A DNA stretch of 64,000 nt, taken from Utricularia gibba. Its lineage: Eukaryota; Plantae; Magnoliophyta. The stretch is taken from contig NEEC01000010.1 of assembly GCA_002189035.1 (NCBI GenBank), positions 434,001 through 498,000 on the forward strand, in the 5' to 3' direction. The notes beneath the pieces were generated by a model that saw nothing but the letters and a program-made list of their open reading frames with translations, was not told where the DNA came from and ran no database searches. The position numbers were made by a program, and so were the translations under genes. Every line of letters starts with the position of its first letter. The first letter of the stretch is position 1. Shown here piece after piece: positions 1 to 12,003 of this stretch.

Positions 1-774
1 ACTTACTCAGTGGATCAGCCCCAAACATGATGACATGACCACCAGCAGGTCCATCATTCTTATACAATTTAGCATGTTCCTCAGCCGTAAGAATTCTCCA
101 TTTTAGAATCTCCAAGAGTGGATCTAGCAACCTGGTTCACCTTACCCTGAAGTAAGTTTCAAACATTCTCCTCAACCGCCAACTAGAGAGACTGAATCAG
201 GAATGGGTTCCTCATCCACAGACACCATATTCATTAACGCAATAGGAAGAACCAATGCTGCAAATAAAATCGGACCCTGTGAATATATCAATACAAGGGC
301 GAAACAGAAGCCCACAACGAACCGATAGTTTTGTGATTCTGTGAAATGAAATGCACCATATGATTACAAATACGGGCGTTCATTACACGACAATTACCGT
401 AAACCAATCAGCAGGAGGGCGAAGACGGAACAAAAAGCATACTTGGACCCACGCGTGGTAACGTATCAACATGTGTTCACCTTCCAGGGGTAATTACCCA
501 AGAAAGTGTTTCCCGAGTAAACTTGCCCGGCAGATGAGAAAAATGCTCATTGCAGAAACTTCAATGAAAATTCTGTAACTGTATGTTTATTGATTTTCAG
601 AAAAGTTGAGGTGACTTTCTTTTATTAAATTTACTTTATGAAATTTTTTAAATTACTTTATAAATTTTCAAAAACATTCTTTACAATTTAAAATCTAAAT
701 TTCATAATATTAAAACATTTTCAACACAAAACATAATATGAAATTAGTTGATTAACTACTAATCATAGAATACA

Positions 775-1900
775 TCAATTTAAATTAATCCAAATATGTT
801 CGATCAAATTTTTTTTCAAGCGATTGAATACTGCTATCACAAGAATACTTCACTCAATCTAGATAATTTTACATATTCATTCCAATATCTTTGTAACTTA
901 CTAAGGGTTGGATTATTATAGATCAATCATATCCATCTATATCAGTATCTCCAAGAATAAAATGTACTTCACTTTCAACAATCATATTATATAGTATAAT
1001 AAATGCATACATGATATCCTGAATTGACTTTGCAATATTCCAAAAGTAATTTCTATGTCTTTTTTAGTACTCTCTTGGAATTGAGCAAAAAGATGTACTT
1101 TTTGTCCCTATGAAAGTGTAATAGATTTCATGAGCAAAGCTCAATCAAAATAAATGTCATTAACCAAATAATATTTCATGTCATAAATAGAACTATTTAT
1201 TGTGAATTGTACTTGAAGGGCAACATCATTATGCAATTCATTTAGTAATGAAAAATGCCATAAAACATTGAGATTATTATTCACCTATCATTCCAAAAAA
1301 AACATGTCAAATCCACGTACCTGCAGAGGCTACTGCTTCTAACATGAGTCATATTTTGCGATGATCATCACACTGAAATTGACTATGTCATGCAATTGGA
1401 TAATTTTTTAATTCCCAATGCATACAATCCACATTATCAAGCATGTTTGGAAAGCCCCAAGATTATGCTTAAGCAAGCAAAACTTCCAAATCTTCAACCG
1501 TAGAAGCTCTCAAATATTATTTTAAAAAACAAATACGAATAGCAATAACATAATGCTATATACATTGAATAGCTGTTGTCTCTCCAATTCGAATATATTC
1601 ATCTACACTATCACCACAAGAACTAAAAGGTAACATACGTATAGCAACTATGCACTTTTGCAAAGAGCTTAGCCCTAAATGACCTGTGCAATCCATATTT
1701 TCTTGAAAAAATGAATCCTTACTTTGGAAAGTCTCAACTATTCTTACAAATAAATATATTTTCATTCGAAATCTCCTACGGAATTGTTCATATGTGTAAG
1801 TTGCATCATTACAAAAATAATAAGCCACCAACCTTTTATGTCCTAGTTCACAATTGCGCTTCACACGTTGGCGTGATCGTCACTGTCTTGAGGTTTCTTA
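775..1900 (-). pseudogene. Pong-like (PIF/Harbinger superfamily) DDE transposase, decayed
   Basis: ORF 1556-1864 has GHKRLVAYYF..FRRRFRM..LSSLQKCIVAIRML..DEYIRIGETTA. Manual translation leftwards gives GFPNMLDNVDCMHWE, LEAVAS, YYLVNDIY, QESTKKDIEITFGILQ and LIEHIW, with many stops and frameshifts. Confidence 0.9.
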
Positions 1901-2699
1901 TTGCTCTGCATGTATTTCATTACGGATGAAATCAATCCCTATGAATGATCACTGTATAATCAATATAATTTTTTTATGAAAAACTCCAGTGCATGACTCC
2001 CAAATGATGAATTCATGATATGAATGTAATTATTATATTTAGATTTTTAAACAGACAAAGTTTTTAACTACCTTTTTTTATTATCACATGCCATTTTTAT
2101 ATTTTATATACCATTTTTATTTCATCAATCACTTTTATTTTTACCTACCATTTTTTTAATTTTATCCGCCACTTTAATTTTCATCTAATACCATTTAATT
2201 TTGCTTACCACTTTTAATTATATCTAACAATATAAGTTACACTTACCATTTTTATATTCATCTAACAATATTATTTGCAAGTATGACTTTCATTTAAACC
2301 TAACAATATTATTTGCAATTATAAGTTTAAATAAAATCTAATATCTATAAAAATAAAATAACATAGCATAAGTAGATCAAATTGAATCTAAATATCAATA
2401 AATTAGAACAATACATGAATATCAAAATAAAAAAAATATAATTAAAAGAGAAATCATTCTAAGTTCGAAAGAACATTAATACACTTCAAAATCTAATCAA
2501 TCATCTGAATCAGAGAGATAACACATGCATTATCTTCTTTTTCTTTCGAAATGTTATGAAGTATAGTTAAACTCTTGACCTTTGTAAGACTATGAAATGT
2601 CAATTCATACATTTTCTTTTATTCAGGGCTCATCTTATTTACATCATTTTGAGACATCTTCAAGCAACGATCCATAAAATATAATTGATTGTAAATCTC

Positions 2700-3194
2700 C
2701 ATCAACTCATTTTTTTTTTGAAGCTCACGATGTAAGTTGTTGACAACGTTCTTGTATTCTCCAAATTATTTCTCATTAGTAGCACTAGTAAAATTCATCA
2801 ATTGTTTTTCTTTTGCTTTACGCTTTACAGCCTTTTGTCCTATAGACCTCTCTTCTTTTTCAACACTTGGAGAAGATTGCAAAGATGTAGTACGTTGCTC
2901 ATTAGATCCAATTTTTAACCTCTCCTCCAAACCTTTTCCAATGACATGATTTGGTATCAACAAAACAATAAAGTATACATACCGACATCCATTTCAACTC
3001 AAAACGCAAAACTTCTCAACACTTAATATCAACAAATCATTCTTTTTCTCATTCTTGAATAGCTCTAAAGCTTGGAGTTTGAAATCGTATTCATTGTAAC
3101 CACTTCCTCTTCTTGACATTACTCTATCTATACAATCTCCGAATTTGTTACAATAATAACTTATAATATCCCACTTGTGTCTTATAGTAATCAA
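2700..3194 (-). pseudogene. Pong ORF1 (Myb/SANT-like, NAM-associated domain) remnant
   Basis: IRHKWDIISYYCNKFGDC..SGYNEYD and ERSIGQKAVKRKAK motifs. It lies upstream of and co-oriented with the transposase, as in Pong elements. Confidence 0.75.
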
Positions 3195-3500
3195 AAACTT
3201 TCTCCTTGGTGTAGAAGGTGGTTTTCAGCTGATCCTTCTCTACGACGAAAATTTGGTGGTACCCGGAATATGCATCCATTGTGCTCAAAAATCACGATCT
3301 AGCAATGTCATCCACCAACTTATCGATCTTCGGGAGGGGGTATGGATCCCTCTTGTAGCAAGCATTGAGTTCGGTGAATTCGACACACATTCTCCATTTT
3401 CTCCCGAGCTTTGGGACAATGACGGGGTTAGCTACCCATTCGGAATATTGAATCTCCTTGATGTAGCCAGCCTCCAGCAACTCTTTCGTTTCTTTTTTAT
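3190..3500 (-). pseudogene. Ty3/gypsy Tat-lineage reverse transcriptase fragment
   Basis: LEAGYIKEIQYSEWVANPVIVPK..WRMCVEFTELN..DPYPLPKIDKLVD, continuing as FLSTMDAYSGYHQI..KTTFYT. Confidence 0.9.
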
Positions 3501-3589
3501 AATCCGATACTTTTCTTCAGAGAAATGTCACTACTTATGTCGAATCAGCTTTGCTCCCGAATAGATATCAATATGATGTTTGGCGACGG

Positions 3590-3758
3590 ATTGATTGATA
3601 CCTACAAAATCTACGATTTAGTCTCAACTAAGACTAAAATGACATAACTACGGTACTATGCGAAAAAATATAGAACTTGGCAGTAAAATCTGATTTTTGT
3701 AGCACAATATGAGTAATTTTCCATGCACTCAATCACTCAAAAATATGTATTATCAGCA
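3590..3758 (-). mobile_element. Terminal fragment of a family-A (Athila-like) LTR
   Basis: Near-identical to 63030-63172 (gatttttgtagcacaatatgagtaattt..ctcaaaaatatgt.ttatca). Confidence 0.6.
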
Positions 3759-3769
3759 GGGCCTAAATG

Positions 3770-4362
3770 TTGACAATGTATCGGGTCGTAAATAACAGCA
3801 CCAATTCCCGATAAGACCTCACGCTGCAAGGTTCTAGCTACTTGAACCAAATCTTTCTTCCCTTCTGGAGCGAACAAGCGAATAGCTTGCACTTCATAGC
3901 TTCCGAGTGTCGGACCGTTGCCATTCTCAAGTCGAAGTCGGTCACATGGGATATAAGGTCTCCTTTTCCGTCATACGTGGGTAATCCATCAGGGAACTTG
4001 AATCCCTTCTCTGATTCTTCCCCAATTAACTCGTCCGAGAAAGGGTTAAAACGTAGTGTTGGGGTACCCACTACTCCTTCGACATTGCTTTTCAGGGCCA
4101 AATCGATATTGGCCAAAATGTCCCCTCTCCCAGTACACACGTTCTGGTCGAAGGAATCTTTGAACCCTCTGCTCTTTCTCGCCTTGGGTGGTGTTTCTCT
4201 GCCGATTAGCCTTTTCTTCTCGTGAATCTCGTCTAATCCTCTCCTCAACTCTTCCTCTCTTTTTTCCATAATTTCGCTAGCCGTATTCCCTCCCCCTGTA
4301 CCCGGCTCATAGATGACTTGGTTGCGCCTCTTCCTTCGCAATATTTCTTCCTCAGTCTCAGA
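3770..4362 (-). pseudogene. Tat retrotransposon gag, 3' part (interrupted by the hAT element)
   Basis: PFSDELI..FKFPDGLPTYDGKGDLISHVTDFDLRM..EAMKCKLFACSL..WF is a retrotransposon gag motif. It joins in frame to 18144-18245 across the TSD. Confidence 0.85.
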
Positions 4363-4528
4363 TAGAGGTGGGTTCGGTTCGAACTGAAATCGTCGGTTCC
4401 GGTTCCGGTTCGGTTCCAAGGGATGGATGTCCGTACGGTTCACGGTTCCGAATAGTAAGGTATATAAGTATATTTAAATATAAATTATACCAGTATTGCT
4501 ATCGCGAGTGTTGAATTTTGTTTTTAGG

Positions 4529-5199
4529 CAACCATTAAGGGACTGAAAGGCTTGAGAAATAAGGTATGGCCTTTTTATGAAGATTGGGTAGAGATTTTTG
4601 GAACAGATCGTGCTACCGGGAAAGATGAAGTTGCTCATGAGGAAGCTGCCAACCGTGCATCCACTGAAGTCGAAGGCAATGACTATCATGCCAATATGAA
4701 CAATGAACCAGAATCTCCAACAACTCAAATACCAGCTTTTGTGCCAATTTCAGAATCCGAATCATCTGCTCTTAATGGTGATGCTGTTGAGAATAGTGTA
4801 GGGTCACACAAGAGGAAATTTAACAAGAGACAAAGAGAGGATGAAGTTATTGGAGAACTTATTGGAGAATTAAAAGCAATGCGTAAAGGATCAGATGCTA
4901 TCACTGAACTTATACAACAAAAATTGATGGCACCTGTTGATGCTCAATTAAAGCAACAAAATGAGGCTATATCCATCCTTCGTAAAATGGACATGTTACT
5001 GACACCCATTCAGATTGTGCATGTGTCTTAGGTATAGTCTTACACAACTCTCATCATTTTTAATATCCCTATTGACAGATAATTAAATCAGTTTTCTTAT
5101 ATTCAGCTTGTGTTGAAGACGCCTGCGGACGTGCAATTGTTTTTGTGCCTCTCAGATGATGAGTGCAGAGCATTGGTCCAACAACTTTTCAGGGAATAG
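4529..5199 (+). pseudogene. PIF/Harbinger ORF1 (Myb/SANT-like) C-terminal exons
   Basis: KGLRNKVWPFYEDWVEIFGTDRATG after an AG acceptor. Last exon LVLKTPADVQLFLCLSDDECRALVQQLFRE*. The N-terminus is missing. Confidence 0.8.
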
Positions 5200-5329
5200 G
5201 TTTTATCAATGGTGCAATATTTTTTTGGGCAGCATCATCTGTTGGTGCTATTCAAGACCACGGAAAGGATCAGTTCATCCGACTTCTTACATGCACCATA
5301 GACATTATATAGTTTTGAAACATCATAGT

Positions 5330-5746
5330 TTTGAGATCATTTTCCAAGCACCCACATCTATCGTCAGCGTGTCTGGGAATGAGTGTTTCAGAAGATTTTC
5401 CAGGCACCCACTTCCATTGTATGGGTGTCTGAAATCATATATATTTATTTATTTATTTATTTTTTAATTTTTTTAATGTTTTTTAATTTTTAATTTTTTA
5501 ATGTTTTTTAATTTTTAATTTTTTAATTTTTTTCTAATTTTTAATTTTTTTATTATTTTTTAATTTTTTTCGGTTCCGAACCGAAACAGTCGGTTCATAC
5601 ATGGGTCGGAACCGTCGGTTCCATGGTTCCAAATTTACCGAACCGAACCGGAACCGTACGGACATCCATCTCCTAGAACCGAACCAGAACTGGAATCGCG
5701 GTTTCGGTTCGAGCCGCGGTTCCGGTTCGAACCGAACCCACCTCTA
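5330..5746 (-). mobile_element. Extra internal hAT terminus, inverted copy of the left-end type
   Basis: Reverse complement begins TAGAGGTGGGTTCGGTTCGAAC and shares GATGGATGTCCGTACGGTTC with the 4363 end. No matching TSD partner was found. Confidence 0.85.
5445..5570. repeat. (TTTTTAAT)-like AT minisatellite in hAT subterminal region
   Basis: Repeated ttttt(t)aat(g) units visible directly. Confidence 0.8.
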
Positions 5747-6153
5747 CTCCCGAGGCACCTACATGAGGGAAGTGGGTGCTTGGAAATGATCTTACCCACT
5801 CTTCCCAGACATCAACACAATGCATTATTCTGTAGGTGCCATTCAAAGTATAACTAAGGATCGAATGCTAATAAAATTAAAAACTAAGAAACTTTCATAT
5901 TTATCATACGGTTTAATAAATAACATATTTAAATTATTTATATTTTTAATAAACATATGTCATATGATTATAAAAATATTTTTTTTAATTGTTGCATCTC
6001 GCATGTTCTCGCATGCTTAGAAATAAATATGATTTATAAAAATGCTGATAATATTCTTAAGTTCACTTTTCAACGACATGTTCTACCATGTTTAAAAATA
6101 ACAAATGTTCAATCTTGGATATGATAGTTAACAGGAACACAAAAAATGAATGC

Positions 6154-7450
6154 CTATCTATTCATATACTCATTCCACATAATTCTTGCAAGCTCATCAC
6201 GCCATGTACACCACCGTGGAGAGGTTTCAACAGCTGTTATGAACTCACTAGCCCCTTGCTCAGCAGATTCAGTAAAATTCTCTGACACTTCGGCTTCCAA
6301 CAGATCATATGCCATATTCATTCTTACGAAATTGTGTAATAAAGCACAAGCAAGAATAATGCCACTTTGTGTTTGAACTGGATAGTAGGATGCTGACCGA
6401 AGAATGGCCCATCGAGTCTTTAAAATTCTCCATGCTCGCTCAATTACATTTCTCGCTGAGGCATGCCGCATGTTAAACAACTCTTTCGCATTTTGAGGTG
6501 CTGAATTTCTAGTACTCCATTCTTTTAAATGATAGCGTACATTCCGATATGAAGCTTGGAAGCCATCACAATTGGTGTAGCCATTATCCCATAGATAATA
6601 GCAACCTGCAATCACAACATGCATTTGTATAGTAGAATGTTTCTGAAAACAGCCTGAAACAATGGAAATTCATGCATGGAAAAACCTTTAAAAATCTTAG
6701 TAACTTCACAACTAACCTTTACATACTCGTAGACCACCAACTTCCTTCAACAAAGCACTTTTAAGTATATGGCTGTCAGCAGTCGATCCTTCCCAACCAG
6801 CAAGCATGTAAATAAAATTCATATTTTGATCACATACACCCAAGACATTGAAGGCTATTGTACCTTTTGACTTATCACACTCAAGCACCCCACGCCTCAA
6901 TATAGGACCCATCTAAAGCACCTAAACAATTCTACACTTATTACAAACATTCAACAATTAATAGTTATTAAGATAAACATTGCATAACCAAAAAATGAAA
7001 TAGTACCTCAAAAAAACATAACCTTGCTGTGGCACTGGTAGTAGTCACAGGTTCACCCTTAACTAACAGCTTATCCTGCAGGCATAAAACAGCTGCAAGA
7101 ACGGCCTTGAAGTGACAGCTAATTGTCCAAGTCGATCTTTTGAAGGATGACTTTTGAACTCGCATCTTCTTATGATGGGATAAAATACCTAAGAAAATAC
7201 AGACTTTCTCACTGATAGTTACATACTTCGAGTCACGAAGTAGACAACACAATCGTCTAAAGACGTCTCGATTCATCCTCAATTCCTCCAAAGTTGTGTT
7301 GTTCATGTTGCTAACTAATTCATGGAGATGTTCAATTTGTCATGGCATTTTCGATGTATATGAGTATCAGCATTGCTGTCTTGAACCATAAGAACGTAGT
7401 CGGAGTAGCACAATAAGCACAATAATATGAGCAATTTCGAAATTCCTTTG
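6154..7450 (-). pseudogene. PIF/Harbinger DDE transposase, decayed
   Basis: LRMNRDVFRRLC..EKVCIFLGILSHH, CLGALDGSY, NVLGVCD..AGWEGSTADS, YYLWDNGY, ELFNMRHASARNVIERAW..LK.RW..LHNF, W..RDELA..MW. Confidence 0.92.
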
Positions 7451-8140
7451 CAACAAATATGCCAATAGCAATAACTGAGCATTCTCATCAATTGATTCCA
7501 TCCAAAAAAATATTTTGGGTTCCTACAATTAATTCATCACATATAATAATTAATGCAAGAGAGACTACATGCTTATGCGTACACATATCAGGAACAAAGC
7601 AAACAATCAGAAAATACAAAATGACTATGTTTGCATTATTAAAGAAATTATTCATTCATCTTGGCTGCTAACCTTCGATTTTGATGTCTCCAAATGGTGG
7701 GACACCGAATGAATACTTTGTTGTGCCGCCGAACAGTCAAAACATGGACCTCAATTACTTGAATTTGAGACCCAACAATGGGTCTACGATCCAAATTTTC
7801 CAAGCCGGTATAGAAAATATTCACAGGTTGAGGAAGTAAATCTGTAGATGGAGGAAGAAATTCGTAGATTGAGGGGAAACAGAATCGTTAGGGTTGAAAA
7901 ATAATTTTCCCCCAAATTTAATTCAAGACAAGATGTAGATGTATTTATGGGTATTTTAGACTTTTCATAATCAAAAAGTTATCCATGTATAAGGTATAAA
8001 ATTAAGGAGGGGTTTTGATGGGGATACTTTTATGACTTATATAAAGGAAAAAAGTATCCCGAAAAAATTTATTTCTGCTTACCAAACATGTTATTATTAT
8101 CCCGCATATGGATATCCCATCTTATCCCATCTTATACTTA

Positions 8141-8156
8141 TTACCAAACACGGTCT
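8141..8156 (-). repeat. PIF/Tourist-type terminal inverted repeat (right end) next to TTA/TAA
   Basis: Reverse complement reads (TA)AGACCGTGTTTGGTAA, followed by GGGATAAG subterminal motifs. The left TIR was not found. Confidence 0.6.
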
Positions 8157-8526
8157 TAAAATACTAATGTGAAGACTAATGTGGCATCATCATATCTGAA
8201 ATTTTTATTTAAAATATATTTATTATGTATATGTTTATCTCAACGGCTAGTACATGTATTTGTGACTGTGCAGACTGTGGAGTTGCACATGGTTTTGAAA
8301 TTAACCGTTGCTATTACTTTATTAATAAAATTTTTATATATATATGATATGGTTATCTTATAGTTTTCCACTACTTTCTCATATTGTCTCATCACTCAGT
8401 ACTAGAAATAATTCTATTTCAACTTCTACGTGTTTGGAGGTACTCTCAAGTGTCAAGTTTCAGATTTCTACTTGGACGACATTGGTGAAGCCTGCAGGGT
8501 AATAGGTTTTTTTTATTTTTTACAGA

Positions 8527-10620
8527 ATGGAGGGGTCTGGTTTGCAAAATTCTTCTCAAGCATTTCAAGCTGATTCTTCTATACCTTGCGTTTTTGAAAA
8601 TGATAGAGAATTTTCTTTTGGGAAAGACCTTCAATTTTTACAAGAGCTTGAATGTGGTCCTTTACCCGAACAAGATAATTTTTCTAGTTCTCAAGAAGCG
8701 GGTTCTTCTACCTCATCGAGTCTCCTTTGTCATAAAAGATCGAAAAACACTAGTAATGATTCTTTGGATATTCGAGAACATTTTGTTTTTTGTAATCCCG
8801 AAAAAATTTCCTGCAAATATTGTGGTAAAGAGTACACTTTCAAAAAGGGTTGAGGAACCGGTACATATAAGAGGCATGTTAGGGAGAAGCATAATGATAA
8901 ATTACCTCAGTTTCGTCAAACTAAATTATGTTTAGGGGGTGACAATAGTGTGGGATTATCTAATTTTGTTTTTAATTATAAACTTTTTCAAGTAAGTTTG
9001 GTGCGTTATTTTATACTTAATGAACTTCCTTTTTCATTAGTTGAAAAACCTTCTTTTAATGATATGTTGAAACAAGCTCAACCGGGATACACAAATTTTT
9101 CTAGGAAAACCGCACATCATATGACACTTGAGGATTTTAAAAATATGCGTGACACTTTAATTTCTACTTTTGAATCTCTGCATTGTAATTTTTGTTTGAC
9201 TTGTGATGGTTGGAAAGATTGTAACAATGAGATTTATATTGTTATTACATGTTCTTGGGTAGATAATTCTTGGTGTATGCAAAAATGAATTTTTCAAGAA
9301 TAGCTATCACCACATAATGGTTTTCCTATTGCTAAAATCATTGAAAAGTTCACAGCATTTTATGGAATATCTGATAGGATTTTTTCTATTTGTTTGGATA
9401 ATGCCTCTGCAAATACAAATGCTATAGACATTTTGAAAAGTAGCATGAATTCTATCTTAAATAGCATTTTTTTCCACATTAGGTGCACTTTTCATATACT
9501 AAATTTGTGTGTTCAACATGGTTTGAAAGAATGTGAAAATTTTTTAACTCCTATTCGTGATTTAATTAGTATGATTAGAACTACCCCTAATACAAAAGAT
9601 GATTTTAAAAGGATTTGTCAAGAAAGGAACATCTCTTATTGTAAATTTAAAAGTGATTGTCCAACTAGATTGAATTCTACATATGACATGTTACAATTTT
9701 TTATTCCTTATGAACATGTTCTTATTGAATTTTGTGAATCTGTAATGGGTTACAATTTCTTGACTCATTCTAATTTTGAAAAAATAAGAGGTTTAGTAAA
9801 TTTATTAGAAATATTTTATTCTTGTACTAAGATTTTGAGTGGTATTTACTATCCAATTCTCAACTTGTGATTTCATGTATTTGTAAAATTTCGTTTGCTT
9901 TTTATAACCATCAATGTGATTGTGATTTTTTGGGAGACATAGTGCGAAATATGAAAAATAAGTTTTTGAAATATTTTGATGAAATCTCACATTTGTTTCT
10001 TATTGCACCTATTTTGGATCCCCGGGTTAAGTCTAAAGGTATGAAAACATTACTTGAATGTATTTCAGAATCATTTAGTGTGGATGATGTTGTTTTTTTC
10101 ATTAAAAAATTTGAATAAATAGATGTTGATGCCAATAATGTTCTACGTGCCATGTATTCCCTTTATGCTTCTAAATATAGTGATCTTAGTGTTCCTATTC
10201 CTAAAGCATGTAACAATTCGATATTTGGTAGTTGCAATCCAATGGACATTATTCGTAGGAAGCATAGTTCATTTGTGTCCTCCACTTCATCATCTTCATT
10301 AAACTCTGTTGATCAAATTACACTTTACAATAATGCTCCTATTGTTGAGGGTATTGATGATGACAACTTTGATATATTGGGTTGGTAGAAGACAAATTCT
10401 ACTACTTACCCTATCTTGGCTAGAATGGCCAAAGATCTTCTAACACCTTCAGCATCTATAGTGGCATCCGAAAGTGCATTTAGTGCAGGGGACAAGTTCT
10501 TAATCACAAGCGCTCCAAATTGAACGTAGAGACTCAGGAGACATGCATTTGTCTAAAGGATTGGTTGGAGGCTGTGAAAAGAAATCAAACCTTATCCTCA
10601 AGTTCAAGTGAGAGATGAAG
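8527..10620 (+). pseudogene. hAT transposase (BED finger, catalytic core, dimerisation domain), multiple stops and frameshifts
   Basis: CKYCGKEY..GTGTYKRH; LPFSLVE; LTCDGW; DNASAN; HIRCTFHILNL; DCPTRLNSTYDML; APILDPR; DILGW..YPILARMAKDLL..VASESAFS. Confidence 0.95.
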
Positions 10621-10745
10621 TTGAAGACTCTTAATTTGAAAACATTTAGTGCTTCATGAAATAATATTACTTTGTAAGAAAATGTTGTATTCATGTTTTT
10701 AATTAAAAGAGGGTGCCTAGAATTTGGTTGCAGACTTGCAAATAT

Positions 10746-11290
10746 CCTCCCGAGGCACCCACATGAGGGAAGAGGGTGTCTAGAAAACTGTATCAAATAC
10801 TCCTTCCCAGGCACCCATATAAGCGAAGTGGGTGCCTGGAAATCACTCTTCCTAGACACTCACATGATGCATTATTTTGTAGTTGCCATCCAACTCTCTT
10901 TCCTGGACACCCTCATGAGGCACCCACATGAGGGAAGAGGGTGTTTGGAAAACTATCTCAAATACTTCTTCCCAAGCACCCATATAACAAAAGTGAGTGC
11001 CTGGAAATCACTCTTCCCGAACACCCACACAATGCATTCTTTTGTAGGTGCCGTTCAACTCTCTTTCTTGGACACCCTCCCGAGGCACCCACATGAGGGA
11101 AGAGGGTGTGTGAAAAACTGTCTCAAATACTCCTTTCCAGGCACCCATATAACATAAGTGGGTGCCTAGAAATGACCTTACCCACTCTTTCCAGACACCT
11201 AAACAAGGCATTATGGGTTCCTAGAAAAGGCTATCTGACTCTATTTCCAGACACCCACACGAGGCAATGTGGGTGTCTGGAAAATGGTCT
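10746..11290 (+). repeat. Tandem array of ~165-bp units (about 3 copies); one more unit at 5747-5845
   Basis: Recurrent (C)CTCCCGAGGCACCCACATGAGGGAAGAGGGTGT at ~10747, ~10914 and ~11078, with internal GGCACCCA..TGGGTGCC inverted motifs. Confidence 0.9.
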
Positions 11291-12003
11291 ACGTGATAGA
11301 CGAATATTCTCTATTTATTGAAATTAATTTGTAGTAATTAGGATATATAAAATCATTTCATTTTCAAATTTTTATATTCCAATTAATGCAGCAACAAATT
11401 TTTATATTTATGAAAATTAAGAATACTTTCAAATATTGCGCAATCCCCAAATTTCGGGTACGGGTGCCTAATTTTGCATTTCTTGTGCCAGTCGCCCACA
11501 TTAGCGATTCTGGGTGCCTCAAAATTAGAGTATTAATTACACGATGGGTTCACAATTCGCATCGATTCAAATGAGCGGCACACACCTTGTCTGAAAACAA
11601 TGGAAACTATTACCGACAACCTACGAAAGTAGGGATATCATTGCGCCTAATCATTAGCTTATGATTTGGTGTATTAAATCAAATCCCCATGCACCCATAC
11701 ACAGTGCTACACATCACCACCCCACTCCCCACTTTACCCACTCCCCACATTGTCAATTAAGAAAACCCTAATCTCCACCCATCTGGTAAGAAATTTTTTT
11801 TACCTCTTTCCCCCTCCCCCCCTCCCCAGCCGAAAGCGACCGGATGCCCCCATAGTCCCATCACCTACTTGGAGTGTTCTTTAAATTAAACAAGGTAAGT
11901 GATTTATTTTCCACCATGTGTTGCTGATCTATGTTCCAAATTGTAATACCTTGTCGAATTATTGTAGTTTGAATTTTTATACAATTCCTATGGGTGTTTG
12001 TAG

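Noticed and set aside
1-540. Coding-like minus-strand sequence (..[30 protein letters not shown]..)
   Set aside because: Probably a retroelement fragment, but no motif could be assigned with confidence and the frames are broken.
4363-4443. N-terminus of ORF 3838-4443, C-terminus of ORF 18015-18245, and ORF 5601-5789 (EPNR-rich peptides)
   Set aside because: Read-through into AACCG-rich hAT termini, not protein sequence.
10693-11157. 154-aa ORF with repeated RHPHEGRGCLEN
   Set aside because: Translation of the tandem DNA array; not CRISPR (no unique spacers, plant nuclear context) and no evidence of coding.
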